Shown here: in pieces, positions 23,640-37,167 of the stretch | Position numbering within the stretch: position 1 is the stretch's first letter | Layout of the letters: the number at the start of each line of letters is the position of its first letter | Made by a program: the position numbers and the translations under genes | Notes under the pieces: model-generated | The model's input: only the letters and a program-made list of their open reading frames with translations | What the model was told of the DNA's origin: nothing | The model's database searches: none | Source of the DNA: Heterodontus francisci | Taxonomy: Eukaryota | Reading direction: 5' to 3' | DNA: 64,000 nt | NCBI RefSeq assembly: GCF_036365525.1 | Contig: NW_027140453.1 | Span: forward strand, 558,001-622,000

Positions 23640-26600
23640 GAAATAAAGACAGAGAGAACGAGGGACAGAGAGAGATAGAGGGGGAGAGATATAGAGAGTC
23701 TCAGCGACAGAGAGATAGGGCAAGGAGTGATGGGGGGTAAAGAGAGAGAGAGAAGGAGAGAGAGAAGGAGAGAGAGGGACAGACAAAGAGAAGGAGAGAG
23801 GGAGTGACAGAGAGGGAATGATAGCTGGAGGGACAGAGAGAGACACAGAGAGAGAGGCAGAGACAGAGATAGCAGGAGAGAGACGGAAAGACAGAAAGGG
23901 AATGACAGATGGAGGGCCATACAGAGAGACAGAGAGAGTGGCAGAGACAAAGATAGAAGGAGAGCGAGCGAGTATCAGGAAGGGAAAGACAAATTGAGGG
24001 ACAGAGAGAGAGACAGAGAGAGAAGGAGAGAGATGGAGTGACAGGGAGGGAAGGATAGATGGTGGGATAGAGAGACGGAGAGACAGAGAGGGAAAGACAG
24101 ATGGAGGGACAGAGAGAGAGACAGAGAGAGTGGCAGAGACAGAAATAGAAGGAAAGAGAGGGATTGCCAGGAAGGAAAGGACAGATGGAGAGACAGAGTG
24201 AGAGACAGAGAGAGAAGGAGAGAGATGGAGTGACAGGGAGGGAAGGACAGATGGAGGGATAGAGAGAGAGACAGAGAGCGAGACAGAGACAGAGTTAGAA
24301 GGAGACAGAGGGAGTGACGGGGTGGTGGAGGGAGACAGATGAAGAGACAGAGAGAGAGAGAAGGAGAGAGATGGAGAGACAGGGAGGGAAAGACAGATGG
24401 AGAGACAGAGAATGAGAGGCAGAGATGGAAGGAGAGAGATGGCGTGACAGGCAGGGAAAGACAGATGGAGAGACAGAGAGGAAGACAGAGAGAGAAGGAG
24501 AGAGAGGGAGTGTCAGGGAGAGAAAGACAGATGGAGGGACAGAATGTGAGGGAGAGAGATAGAAGGAGAGGGTGGGAGTGACACAGAGGGTAATACAGAT
24601 GGAGGGACAGAGAGAGAGACAGATATAGAGATAAAAGGAGTGAGAGTGAGTGACAGGGGGTGGGGAAGACAGATGGAGAGACAGAGAGAGAGAGACGGAG
24701 AGATGGAGAGAGATGGAGTGACTGGCAGGGAAAGATAGATGGAGCGACAGATAGAAAGACAGAGAGAGAAGGAGAGAGAGGGAGTGTCAGGGAGGGAAGG
24801 ACATATGGAGGGATAGAGTGAGAGACAGAGAGACAAGGAGAGAGAGGGAGTGTCAAAGAGGGAAGGGCAGATGGAGAGACAGAGAGATAGAGACAGTGAT
24901 GGAAGGAGAGAGAGGGAGGGACAGAGAGGGAAAGACAGATGGAGGGTAAGAGAGAGAGTGAGAGAGATAGAAGGAGAGAGATGGAGTGACAATGAGGGAA
25001 GGACAGATGGAGGGACAGAAGGAGAGAGACAGAGATAGAAGGAGAGAGATGGAGTGACGGAGGGGGGGGGAGAAGACAGATGGAGGGACAGAGAGAGAGA
25101 GAGACAGAGACAGAAGGAGAGATATGGAGAGACAGAGAGGGAAAGAGAGATGGAGAGACAGAGAGTGAGAGGCCGTGATGGAAGGTGAGAGATGGAGTGA
25201 CAGGCAGGGAAAGACAGATGGAGAGACAGAGAGAAAGACAGAGAGAGAAGGACAGAGAGGGTGTGACAGGGAGGGAAGGACAGATGGAGGGATAGAGAGC
25301 GAGAGACAGAGACAGAGTTAGAAGGAGAAAGAGGGAGTGACGGGGTGGGGAGGGGGGAGACAGATGGTGAGACAGTGAGAGAGAGAGAAGGAGAGAGATG
25401 GAGAGACAGAGAGGGAAATACAGATGGAGAGACAGAGAGAAAGACAGAGAGAGAAGTACAGAGAGGGAGTGTCAGGGAGAGAAAGACAGATGGAGGGCCA
25501 GTGTGTGAGGGAGAGAGATAGAAGGAGAGGGTGGGAGTGACAGAGAGGGTAATACAGATGGAGGGACAGAGAGAGAGACAGAGATAGAGATAAAAGGAGA
25601 GAGAGTGAGTGACAGGGGGTGGGAAAGACAGATGGAGAGACAGAGAGAGAGAGACGGAGAGAAGGAGAGAGATGGAGTGAGGGGGAGGGAAGGACAGATG
25701 GAGGGACAGAGAGTGAGAGGCAGAGATGGAAGGAGAGAGAGGGAGTGTCAGGGAGAGAAAGACAGATGAAGGGACAGAGTGAGAGAGACGGAGAGAAGGA
25801 GAGAGATGGAGTGAGAGGGAGGGAAGGACAGATGGAGGGGCAGAGAGAGAGATACAGAGATAGAAGGAGAGAGAGGGTGGGACTGAGAGGGAAGACAGAT
25901 GGAGGGACAGAGAGAGAGAGAGATAGATAGATAGAAGGAGAGAGATGGAGTGACAGGGAAGGAAGGACAGATGGAGGGACAGAGAGAGAGAGAGAGACAG
26001 CGATAGAAGGAGAGAGATGGAGTGACAGTGTGGGAAGGACGATGGAGGGATAGAGTGAGAGACAGAGAGGCAAGGAAAGAGAGGGAGTTTCAGGGAGGGA
26101 ATGGCAGATGGAGGGATAGAGAGAGAGACAGAGATAGAAGGAGAGAGAGGGAGGGACAGAGAGGGAAAGACAGATGGAGGGAAAGAGAGAGAGATAGAAG
26201 GAGAGAGATGGAGTGACAATGAGGGAAGGACAGATGGAGGGACAGAGGGAGAGAGACAGAGATAGAAGGAAAGATATGCAGAGATAGAGAGGGAAAGAGA
26301 GATGGAGAGACAGAGAGTGAGAGGCCGTGATGGAAGGTGAGAGAGGGAGTGACAGGCAGGGAAAGACAGATGGAGAGCCAGAGAGAGAGACAGAGCGAGA
26401 AGGAGAGAGAGGGTGTGACAGGGAGGGAAGGATAGATGGAGTGATTGAGAGAGAGAGACAGAGATAGAAGCAGAGAGTGGGTGTGACAGGGAGGGAAAGA
26501 GAAGTGGAGGGACAGCGAGATAGACAGGGATAGAGAGAGAAGGAGAGAGAGGGTGTGACGCGGAGGGGAAGACAGATGGAGGGATAGAGTGAGAGGCAGA

Positions 26601-29600
26601 GAGAGAAGGAGAGAGATGGAGTGACAGGGAGGGAAGGACAGATGGAGGGATAGAGAGAGAGACAGAGAGCGAGGCAGAGACAGAGTTAGAAAGAGAAAGA
26701 GGGAGTGACGGGGTGGGGGGGGAGACAGATGAAGAGACAGAGAGAGAGAGAGAAGGAGAGAGATGGAGAGACAGAGAGGGAAAGACAGATGGAGAGACAG
26801 AGAGTGAGAGGCAGAGATGGAAGGAGAGAGAGGGAGTGTCAGGGAGAGAAAGACAGATGGAGGGACAGAGTGTGAGGGAGAGAGATAGAAGAAGAGGGTG
26901 GGAGTGACAGAGAGGGTAATATAGATGGAGGGACAGAGAGAGAGACAGAGATAGAGATAAAAGGAGTGAGAGTGAGTGACAGGGGGTGGGGAAGACAGAT
27001 GGAGAGACAGAGAGAGAGAGACGGAGAGAAGGAGAGAGATGGAGTGACTGGGAGGGAAGGACAGATGGAGCGACAGATAGAAAGACAGAGAGAGAAGGAG
27101 AGAGAGGGAGTGTCAAAGAGGGAAGGGCAGATGGAGAGACAGAGAGATAGAGACAGTGATAGAAGGAGAGAGAGGGAGGGACAGAGAGGGAAAGACAGAT
27201 GGAGGGTAAGAGAGGGAGTGAGAGAGATAGAAGGAGAGAGATGTAGTGACAATGAGGGAAGGACAGATGGAGGGACAGAGGGAGAGAGACAGAGATAGAA
27301 GCAGAGAGATGGCGTGACGGAGGGGGGGAGAAGACAGATGGAGGGACAGAGAGAGAGAGACAGAGATAGAAGGAGAGATATGGAGAGACAGAGAGTGAGA
27401 GGCAGTGATGGAAGGTGAGAGATGGAGTTACAGGCAGGGAAAGACAGATGGAGAGACAGAGAGAAAGACAGAGAGAGAAGGACAGAGAGGGTGTGACAGG
27501 GAGGGAAGGGCAGATGGAGGGATTGAGAGAGAGAGACAGAGATAGAAGCAGACAGTGGGAGTGACAGGGCGGGAAAGAGAAGTGGAGGGACAGAGAGAGA
27601 GACAGAGATAGAGATAGAAGGAGAGAGAGGGTGTGACGGGGAGGGGAAGACAGATGGAGAGACAGAGAGAGAGAGACAGAGAGAGAAGGAGAGAGGGGGA
27701 GTGACAGGGAGGGAAGGACAGATGGTGGGATAGAGAGACGGAGAGACAGAGAGGGAAAGACAGATGGAGGGACAGAGAGAGAGAGACAGAGAGAGTGGCA
27801 GAGACAGAGATAGAAGGAAAGAGAGGGATTGCCAGGAAGGAAAGGACAGATGGAGGGACAGAGTGAGAGACAGAGAGAGAAGGAGAGAGATGGAGTGACT
27901 GGGAGGGAAGGACAGATGGAGGGACAGAGAGTGAGAGGCAGAGATGAAATGAGAGAGAGGGAGTGACAGGCAGGGAAAGATAGATGGAGCGACAGATAGA
28001 AAGACAGAGAGAGAAGGAGAGAGAGGGAGTCACAGAGAGGGAAAGACTGTTGGAGGGACAGAGAGTGAGAGGCAGAGATGGAAGGAGAGAGAGGGAGTGT
28101 CAGGGAGAGAAAGACAGATGTAGGGACAGAGTGAGAGAGACGGAGAGAAGGAGAGAGATGGAGTGAGAGGGAGGGAAGGACAGATGGAGGGGCAGAGAGA
28201 GAGATACAGAGATAGAAGGAGAGAGAGGGTGGGACTGAGAGGGAAGACAGATGGAGGGACAGAGAGAGAGAGAGATAGATAGATAGAAGGAGAGAGATGG
28301 AGTGACAGGGAAGGAAGGACAGATGGAGGGGCAGAGAGAGAGAGATACAGAGATAGAAGGAGAGAGAGGGAGGGACTGAAAGGGAAAGACAGATGGAGGG
28401 ACAGAGAGAGAGAGAGAGATAGATAGAAGGAGAGAGATGGAGTGACAGGGAGGGAAGGACAGATGGAGGGACAGATAGAGAGAGAGACAGCGATAGAAGG
28501 AGAGAGATGGAGTAACAGGGAGGGAAGGACAGATGGAGGGATGGAGTGAGAGACAGAGATAGATGAGAGAGAGGGTGTGTCTGGGTGGGAAAGACAGATG
28601 GAGGGACAGAGTGAGAGACAGAGAGAGAAGGAGAGAGGTGGTGTGTCAGGAAGGGAAAGGCAGATGGAGCGACAGAGTGGGAGACAGAGCGAGAAGGAGA
28701 GAGATGGAGTGACAGGGAGGGAAGGACTGATGGAGGGATAGAGAGATAGAGAGAGAGAGATAGAAGGAGAGAGAGGTAGTGTCAGGGAGGGAAAGGCAGG
28801 TGGAGAGACAGAGAGAGAGAAAGACACATGGAAGGAGAGAGAGGGAGTCACAGAGAGGGGAAGACTGTTGGAGGGATAGAGAGAGACAGAGATAGAAGGA
28901 GAGAGAGGGAGTGTCAGGGAGGGAAAGACAGATGGAGGGACAGAGAGAGAGGCAGAGAGAGAAGGAGAGAGATGGAGTGACAGGGAGGGAAGGACAGATG
29001 GAGGGACAGAGAGAGAGGCAGAGAGAGAAGGAGAGAGATCGGGTGATGGTGGGGGCGGGAGCGGCGAGACTGATGGAGTGACAGAGAGAGAAGGAGAGAG
29101 TGGGAGAGACAGAGTGAAAGACAGATGGAGAGAAAGAGAGAGAGAGGCAGAGATGCAAGCAGTGAGGGAGTCACAGGTAGGGAAAGACAGATGGACAGAC
29201 AGAGAGAGAGACAAAGATAGAAGGAGAGAGAGGGAGTGTCAGGGAGGGAAAGACAGATGCAGGGACAGAGAGAGAGAGACAGAGAAAAAAGGGAGAGAGA
29301 GGGAGTGTCAGGGAGGGAAAGACAGATGGCGGGACAGAGAGAGAGGGAGAGATAGAAGGAGAGAGAGGGAGAGACAGAGAGGGAAAGACAGATGGAGGGA
29401 TAGAGAGAGACAGAGATAGAAGGAGAGAGAGGGAGTGTCAGGGAGGGAAAGACAGATGGAGGGACAGAGAGAGAGACAGAGAGAGAAGAAGAGAGAGGGA
29501 GTGTCAGGGAGGGAAAGACAGATGCAGGGACAGAGAGAGAGAGACAGAGAAAAAAGGGAGAGAGAGGGAGTGTCAGGGAGGGAAAGACAGATGGCGGGAC

Positions 29601-32600
29601 AGAGAGAGAGGGAGAGATAGAAGGAGAGAGAGGGAGAGACAGAGAGGGAAAGACAGATGGAGGGATAGAGAGAGACAGAGATAGAAGGAGAGAGAGAGGG
29701 AGTGTCAGGGAGGGAAAGACAGATGGAGGGACAGAGAGAGAGACAGAGAGACAAGGAGAGAGATGGAGTGACAGGGAGGGAAGGACAGATGGAGGGATAG
29801 AGAGAGAGACAGAGAGCGAGGCAGAGACAGAGTTAGAAGGAGAAAGAGGGAGTGACGATGTGGGGGGGGGGGGGAGACAGATGAAGAGACAGAGAGAGAG
29901 AGAAGGAGAGAGATGGAGAGACAGAGATGGAAAGACAGATGGAGAGACCGAGAGTGAGAGGCAGAGATGGAATGAGAGAGGGGGTGAGACAGAGAGGGAA
30001 ATACAGATGGAGGGACAGAGAGAGAGCGATAGATAGAAGGAGAGAGGGGGTGAGACAGAGAGGGAAATACAGATGGAGGGACAGAGAGAGAGCGATAGAT
30101 AGAAGGAGAGAGTGGGAGAGACAGAGAGGGAAAGACAGATGGAGGGACAGAGAGAGACAGAGATAGAAGGAGAGAGACGGAGTGACAGGGAGGGAAGGAC
30201 AGATGGAGGGACAGAGAGAGAGAGACAGAGAGAGAAGGAGTGAGGGAGATTGACAGGAATGGAAGGGCAGATGGAGGGATAGAAAGAGAGAGAGACAGAG
30301 ATAGAAGGAGAGAGAGGGAGTGACAGAGAGGTAAAGATAGATGGAGGGACTGAGGGATACAGAGAGAGAGGAAGAGACAGAGATAGAAGGAGAGAGAGGG
30401 ACATAGAGGGAGGGATCAAGAAAGAAGGAAATATGGTTGAAACCATTGCTGTATTGGGAGCGAGGGAGGAAGGGAGAGATGAAAAGAAAGAGAGACGGGG
30501 AAACAGAAAGGGAGAAATTGTGTCATAGAGACACAGACAGAGTTATGGACAGAGGCAGTGAAAGAGAGGGAGAGAGGGAGAGACAGAGAGAGAGAAAGAG
30601 GGAGAGACAGAGATAGAAGGAGAGAGAGGGAGTGACGGGGAGGGAAAGACAGATGGAGGGGCAGAGAGAGAAGGAGAGAGATGGAGTGACAGGGAGCGAA
30701 AGACAGATGGAGGGACAGAGAGAAACAGAGAGGAAGAGGTAGAAATAGAAAGGGAGACAGAGATATGGAGAGGAAGATAAAGAGACAGTGAGAGAGTGAG
30801 ATAGAGAGAGAGAAAGGCAGAGATGGTGTGAGAGAGACACAAATAGAGTCATGGACAGAAGCACAGAGAGAGAGAGAGTAACAGAGAGAGAGAGAGAGAG
30901 TCAGAGAGAGAGAGAGACAGACAGAAAGAGAGAGATAGAGACACAGAAAGAAACAGACAGAAAGGGAGCGTCAGTGAGAGAGATGAGATAGAATGAGAGA
31001 GAGGGAGTGACAGCCAGGGAAAGACAAATGGAGCGACATAAAGAAAGACAGAGAGGGAAGGAGAGAGAGGGAGTATCAGGGAGAGAAAGACAGATGGAGG
31101 GAAAGAGAGAGAGACAGAGATATAGATAGAAGGAGAGAGAGTGAGTGACGGGGATGGGAAGACAGATGGTGAGACAGAGAGAGAGACAGAGAGAGAAGGA
31201 GAGAGAGGGAGAGATGGAGAGGGAAAGATAGATGGAGGGACAGAGAGAGAGAGACACAGAGATAGAAGGAGAGAGATGGAGTGACAGGGAGAGAAGGACA
31301 GATGGAGGGATAGAGTGCGAGATAGAGAGACAAGGAGAGAGATGGAGTGACAGGGAGGGAAAGGCAGATGGAGGGATAGAGTGAGAGACAGAGATAGAAG
31401 GAGAGAAATGGAGTGTCAGGGAGGGAAGGACAGATGGCGGGACAGAGAGAGAGGGAGAGATAGAAGGAGAGAGGGGGTGAGACAGAGAGGGAAAGACAGA
31501 TGGAGGGACAGAGAGAGAGCGATAGATAGAAGGAGAGAGTGGGAGAGACAGAGAGGGAAAGACAGATGGAGGGACAGAGAGAGGCAGAGATAGAAAGAGA
31601 GAGAGGGAGTGTCAGGGAGGGAAAGACAGATGGAGGGACAGAGAGAGACAGAGATAGAAGGAGAGAGAGGGAGTGTCAGGGAGGGAAAGACAGATGGAGG
31701 GACAGAGAGAGAGACAGAGATAGAAGGAGAGAGACGGAGTGACAGGGAGGGAAGGACAGATGGAGGGACAAAGAGAGAGAGTCAGAGAGAGAAGGAGTGA
31801 GGGGGATTGACAGGAATGGAAGGGCAGATGGAGGGATAGAAAGAGAGTGAGGCAGAGATAGAAGGAGAGATGGGAGTGACAGAGAGGTAAAGACAGATGG
31901 AGGGACTGAGGGATACAGAGAGAGAGGCAGAGGCAGAGATAGAAGGAGAGAGAGGGACAGAGAGGGAGGGGTAAAGAAAGAAGGAAATATGGTTGAAACC
32001 ATTGCTCTATTGGGAGCGAGGGAGGAAGGGAGAGATGAAAAGAAAGAGAGACGGGGAAACAGAAAGGGAGAAATGGTGTCATAGAGACACAGACAGAGTT
32101 ATGGACAGAGGCAGTGAAAGAGAGGGAGAGAGGGAGAGACAGAGAGAGAGGGAGAGACAGAAACAGAAGGAAAGGGAGTGACAGGGAGGGAAAGACAGAT
32201 GGAGGGACAGAGAGAGAAGGAGAGAGATGGAGTGACAGGGAGGGAAAGACAGATGGAGGGACAGAGAGAGAGAGACTGAGAGGAAGCGGTAGAAATAGAG
32301 AGGGAGACAGAGATATTGAGAGGAAGATACAGAGACAGTGAGAGAGAGAGATACAGAGAGAGAATGGCAGAGATGGTGCGAGAGAGACACAAATAGAGTC
32401 ATGGACAGAAGCAAAGAGCGAAAGAGTAACAGAGAATGAAGGAGAGAGAGAGAGAGTCAGAGAGAGAGAGAAAGACAGAAAGAGAGAGATAGAGACACAG
32501 AAAGAAACAGAGAGAAAGGGAGCGTCAGTGAGAGAGAGAGACAGAGACAGTGATAGCGAAAGACAACGAGAGAGAGAGATGGGGAGAAAGAGTTGTAGGG

Positions 32601-33480
32601 GAAGAGAGAGAGATAGAGGGGGAAGAGAGATATAGAGGGGGCAGAGAGAGATAGAGGGGGAAGAGAGTGATGGGGGAGAGAGAGAGGGGGGAGAGAGAGA
32701 GGGGGAGAGAGAGAGGGGAGAGAGAGAGGGGGAGGGGATGAAAGAGAGGGGAGAGGGAGAGAGAGGGGGTGAGAGGGAGTGAGAGGGGGTGAGAGAGGGG
32801 TGAGAAGGGGTGAGAGGGGGAGAGGGCGAGAGAGGGGGAGAGGGCGAGAGAGGGGGAGAGGGCGGGAGAGGGGGCGANNNNNNNNNNNNNNNNNNNNNNN
32901 NNNNNNNNNNNNNNNNNNNNNNNNNNNNNNNNNNNNNNNNNNNNNNNNNNNNNNNNNNNNNNNNNNNNNNNNNNNNNNNNNNNNNNNNNNNNNNNNNNNN
33001 NNNNNNNGGAGAGAGAGTGGGGAGAAAGAGCTAGAGGGGGAGAGGGAGATAGTGGGGTAGATAGAGGGGGGAGAGGGAGAGAAAGGGGGAGAGGGAGAAA
33101 TGGGGAGAGAGAGAGAAAGGGGAGAGAGAGGGGGGAGTTGGAGAGAGAGGGGAGGGAGAGAAAGGGGGAGGGAGAAAGAGGGGGAGAGGGTGAGAGAGTG
33201 GGGAGAAAGAGTTAGAGGGGGAGAGGGAGATAGAGGGGTAGATAGAGGGGGAGAGGCAGAGAGAGCGGGAGAGGGAGATAGAGGGGGAGAGTGAGATGGA
33301 TGGGCCGAGGGAGATCGAGGGGGGAGAGGGAGATCGAGGGGGGAGAGGGAGATTGAGGGGAGAGAGGGAGATCAAGGGGGAGAGGGAGATCAAGAGGGAG
33401 AGGGAGATAGAGGGGAGAGGGAGATAGAGGGGGGCGAGGGAGATAGAGGGGGAGAGGGAGATAGAGGGGGAGAGAGAGAT
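23640..33480 (+). repeat. ~9.8 kb purine-rich (GA) complex satellite with a ~55-65 bp degenerate unit and higher-order duplications; contains N-gap 32878-33007
   Basis: Recurrent gagagagatggagtgacagggagggaaggacagatggagggacagagaga units. The block ~30360-30975 recurs at ~31915-32535. Confidence 0.92.
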
Positions 33481-33722
33481 GGGGAAGGGGTGGTGAACCT
33501 GTGGAATTCTCTGCCGCAGAAGGCAGTGGAGGCCAAGTCATTAAAGATATTCAAGGAGGGAAGAGATATATTTCTTAGTGTCAAAGGGATCAAGGGCTAT
33601 GGGGAGAAAGTAGGAACAGGGTACTGAATTAGCCCATTGGTCATGATCTTTATTGAATGGCAGAGCAGACCCGAGGGGCCGAATGGCCTGCTCCTGCTCC
33701 TATTTTCTATGTTTCTATGAGA
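33480..33722 (+). mobile_element. CR1 3' end fragment
   Basis: RVVNLWNSLPQKAVEA and the CR1 3' UTR (ggccgaatggcctgctcctgctcc...tttctatgtttctatg). Confidence 0.85.
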
Positions 33723-35161
33723 AGGGCAGACTGAGAGAGGGAGAGATCGAGAGAGAAGGAGAAACGGAGAGAGAAGGAGAGATAGAGATGCAGAGAGGTG
33801 ACCCTGAGATTCTCTCTCTCACACACACAAACATGTAGACACACACAGACACACACAGAGACTGACAGACACACACACACACACACACAAATTTTACAAT
33901 CCACACTAATGACAGTAACAATGGCCAACAGAACCTCTGTAACAATCCCCTGTGTCTGCCCAGTCCTGTGAGAGACACAGAGAGAGATAGGGAGTGACGG
34001 TAAGTGACAGTGGAAGAAGGAGGACAAAACAGCTTGTAGGAGAAACCTTACATTTATTTGTGTTCAACAGATTTTATTAAAAGTTGAAGGGACTGGACAC
34101 TGAAAAAGGTTTCAGCACACAAAAAAACCCTGAGGGTCCCATTTGCACTTGTTCCATCCAGCCCTGTCTGTGAGGTTTGCTGATGTTTTGGGCAATGCTT
34201 CGTGAACTTCGAGAAAAAAGATGCACGATGCCCATTTTAATTCATTTTACTGTAGTTCTGAAGTTAGCTTTCTCTCTGTCTCCACATTCTTTCCCTGTGT
34301 CTCTATCTCCCGCCATGCTTTCTCTTCTCTGACTCTGTTTCACACTCGCCTTCTCCATTTAAAGCTTTAACAAATAAAAAAACATGCCACACACAGCAAT
34401 GCGATTTGTCGTGATTTGAAATAGTGAGACGGAATCAGCAGCTTGTTCCCAGTTTCAGGAGGGATTCGCTCTTTCTGGGGACTGAAATCTGGCTATTATC
34501 ACATTGCTGCTTGTGGGATCGTGCTGTGCATCTAGTGGCCTGCAGCATTTCTTCCATGACAACAGTTTCAAATTCAGCTTCCTGAGGGTCTGAGTGTGGA
34601 TTTATCTGTGTTTTTAGAAGAATTTTACAATAATTGCAAGAGCTGAACGTGAAGCTGTATAAAGACTTGTCATTAGTTTAACGATGGAGTTTAGCATTTT
34701 CTGAGGACTGTGATGGGATATTTGGCTATGATCACATTGTGGGATCCTGCTGTGCATACATTCCCTGAATCAATTCCTGCATCCAACACTGAGGCAGAAA
34801 CAGATGGAGAGAAAAAGAGAGAGAGTGAGAAACAGCTGGAGGTGGCAGGTTAAACAGAGAGAGAGAGAGAGACAGGCAGAGTGTGGGTGAGGGAGGGAAG
34901 GCAGAGAAAGATGGAGAAAGACAGAGAGAGGGCGAGAGAGAGAGAGAGAGAAATCCACACTCAAAAGCTTGGTACACTGAATATTGAAGTGTCAACATTG
35001 CTGGGATCTTGCTGTGCACTAAAAACAGATTATCTGCATATTTGCATGATCTGAAGGCCTGGAATTAAAGTCCTGAGCTTGAAGCCGGTACAATTCCGGA
35101 GTAATGATGGTGTTTTGGGCAGTGCCCTGAATTTGTGGGTGAAATGAAATTGTGGGATCTT

Positions 35162-37167
35162 GGTGAAATTGTGAGACTAGCTAAGAGGAAAAAGGAAGCA
35201 CACATAAGGTCTAGGTGGCTGAAGAAAGACGAAGCTTTGAAAGAATATCGGGATTGTAGGCGCAATCTGAAACGAGGAATTAAGAGGGCTGAAAGGGGTC
35301 ATGAAATAGCTTTAGCAAACAGGGTTAAGGAAAATCCCAAAGCCTTTTATTCATATATAAGGAGCAAGAGGGTAACTAGAGAAAGGATTGGCCCACTCAA
35401 GGACAAAGGAGGAAAGTTATGCGTGGAGTCAGAGAAAATGGGTGAGATTCTAAACGAGTACTTTGCATTGGTATTCACCGAGGAGAGGGACATGACGGAT
35501 GTTGAGGTTAGGGACAAATGTTTGATTACTCTAGGTCAAGTCGGCATAAGGAGGTAGGAAGTGTTGGGTATTCTGAAAGGCATTAAGGTGGACAAGTCCC
35601 CAGGTCCGGATGGGATCTATCCCAGGTTACTGTGGGAAGCCAGAGAGGAAATAGTTGGGGCCTTAACAGATATCTTTGCAGCATCCTTAAACACGGGTGA
35701 GGTCCCGGAGGACTGGAGAATTGCTAATGTTGTCCCCTTGCTTAAGAAGGGTAGCAGGGATAATCCAGGTAATTATAGGCCGGTGAGCCTGACGTCAGTG
35801 GTAGGGAAGCTGCTGGAGAAGATACTGAGGGATAGGATCTATTCCCATCTGGAAGAAAATGGGCTCATCAGTGATAGGCAACATGGTTTTGTGCAGGGAA
35901 GGTCATGTCTTACCAACTTAATAGAATTCTTTGAGGAAGTGGCAAAGTTGATTGATGAGGGAAGGGCTGTCGATGTCATATACATGGACTTCAGTAAGGC
36001 GTTTGATAAGGTTCCCCATGGTAGGCTGATGGAGAAAGTGAAGGCGCATGGGGTCCAAGGTGTGCTAGCTAGATGGATAAAGAACTGGCTGGGCAACAGG
36101 AGACAGAGAGTCGCAGTGGAAGGGAGTTTCTCAAAATGGAGACGTGTGACCAGTGGTGTTCCACAGGGATCCGTGCTGGGACCACTGTTGTTTGTGATAT
36201 ACATAAATGATTTGGAGGAAAGTATAGGTGGTCTGATTAGCAAGTTTGCAGACGACACTAAGATTGGTGGAGTAGCAGATACTGAAGGGGACTGTCAGAG
36301 AATACAGCAGAATATAGATAGACTGGAGAGTTGGGCAGAGAAATGGCAGATGGAGTTCAATCAGGGCAAATGCGAGGTGATGCATTTTGGAAGATCCAAT
36401 TCAAGAGTGAACTATACAGTAAATGGAAATGTCCTGGGGAAAATTGATGTCCAGAGAGATTTGGGTGTTCAGGTCCATTGTTCCCTGAAGGTGGCAACGC
36501 AGGTCAATAGAGTGGTCAAGAAGGCATACGGCATGCTTTCCTTCATCGGACGGGGTATTGAGTACAAGAGTTGGCAGGTCATGTTACAGTTGTATAGGAC
36601 TTTGGTTCGGCCACATTTGGAATACTGCGTGCAGTTCTGGTCGCCACATTACCAAAAGGATGTGGATGCTTTGGAGAGGGTGCAGAGGAGGTTCACCAGG
36701 ATGTTGCCTGGTATGGAGGGCGCTAGCTATGAAGAGAGGTTGAGTAGATTAGGATTATTTTCATTAGAAAGACGGAGGTTGAGGGGGGACCTGATTGAGG
36801 TGTACAAAATCATGAGAGGTATAGACAGAGTGGATAGCAAGAAGCTTTTTCCCAGAGTGGGGGATTCAATTACAAGGGGACATGAGTTCAAAGTGAAAGG
36901 GGAAAAGTTTAGGGGGGATATGCGTGGAAAGTTATTTACGCAGAGGGTGGTGGGTGCATGGAACGCATTACCAGCGGAGGTGGTAGACGCAGGCACGATA
37001 GCGTCTTTTAAGATGTATCTAGACAGATACATGAATGGGCAGGAAGTAAAGAGATACAGACCCTTAGAAAATAGGCGACAGGTTTAGATAGAGGATTTGT
37101 ATCGGCGTAGGCTTGGAGGGCCGAAGGGCCTGTTCCTGTGCTGTAATTTTCTTTGTTCTTTGTTCTT
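35162..37167 (+). mobile_element. Young CR1 LINE, 5'-truncated 2 kb, same subfamily as 17369-21206; inserted into a DeuSINE fragment
   Basis: A 508-aa open RT/C-terminal frame (PQGSVLGP, FADD) follows one TAG at 35555-35557. It ends in a (tgttctt)n tail, and its flanks split the DeuSINE motif tgtgggatctt|gctgtg. Confidence 0.96.

Noticed and set aside
23471-33593. Very long ORFs (up to 867 aa) rich in S/L/P/C or R/E/G
   Set aside because: Translations of the GA/CT satellite, which lacks stop codons by composition; no domain signal.
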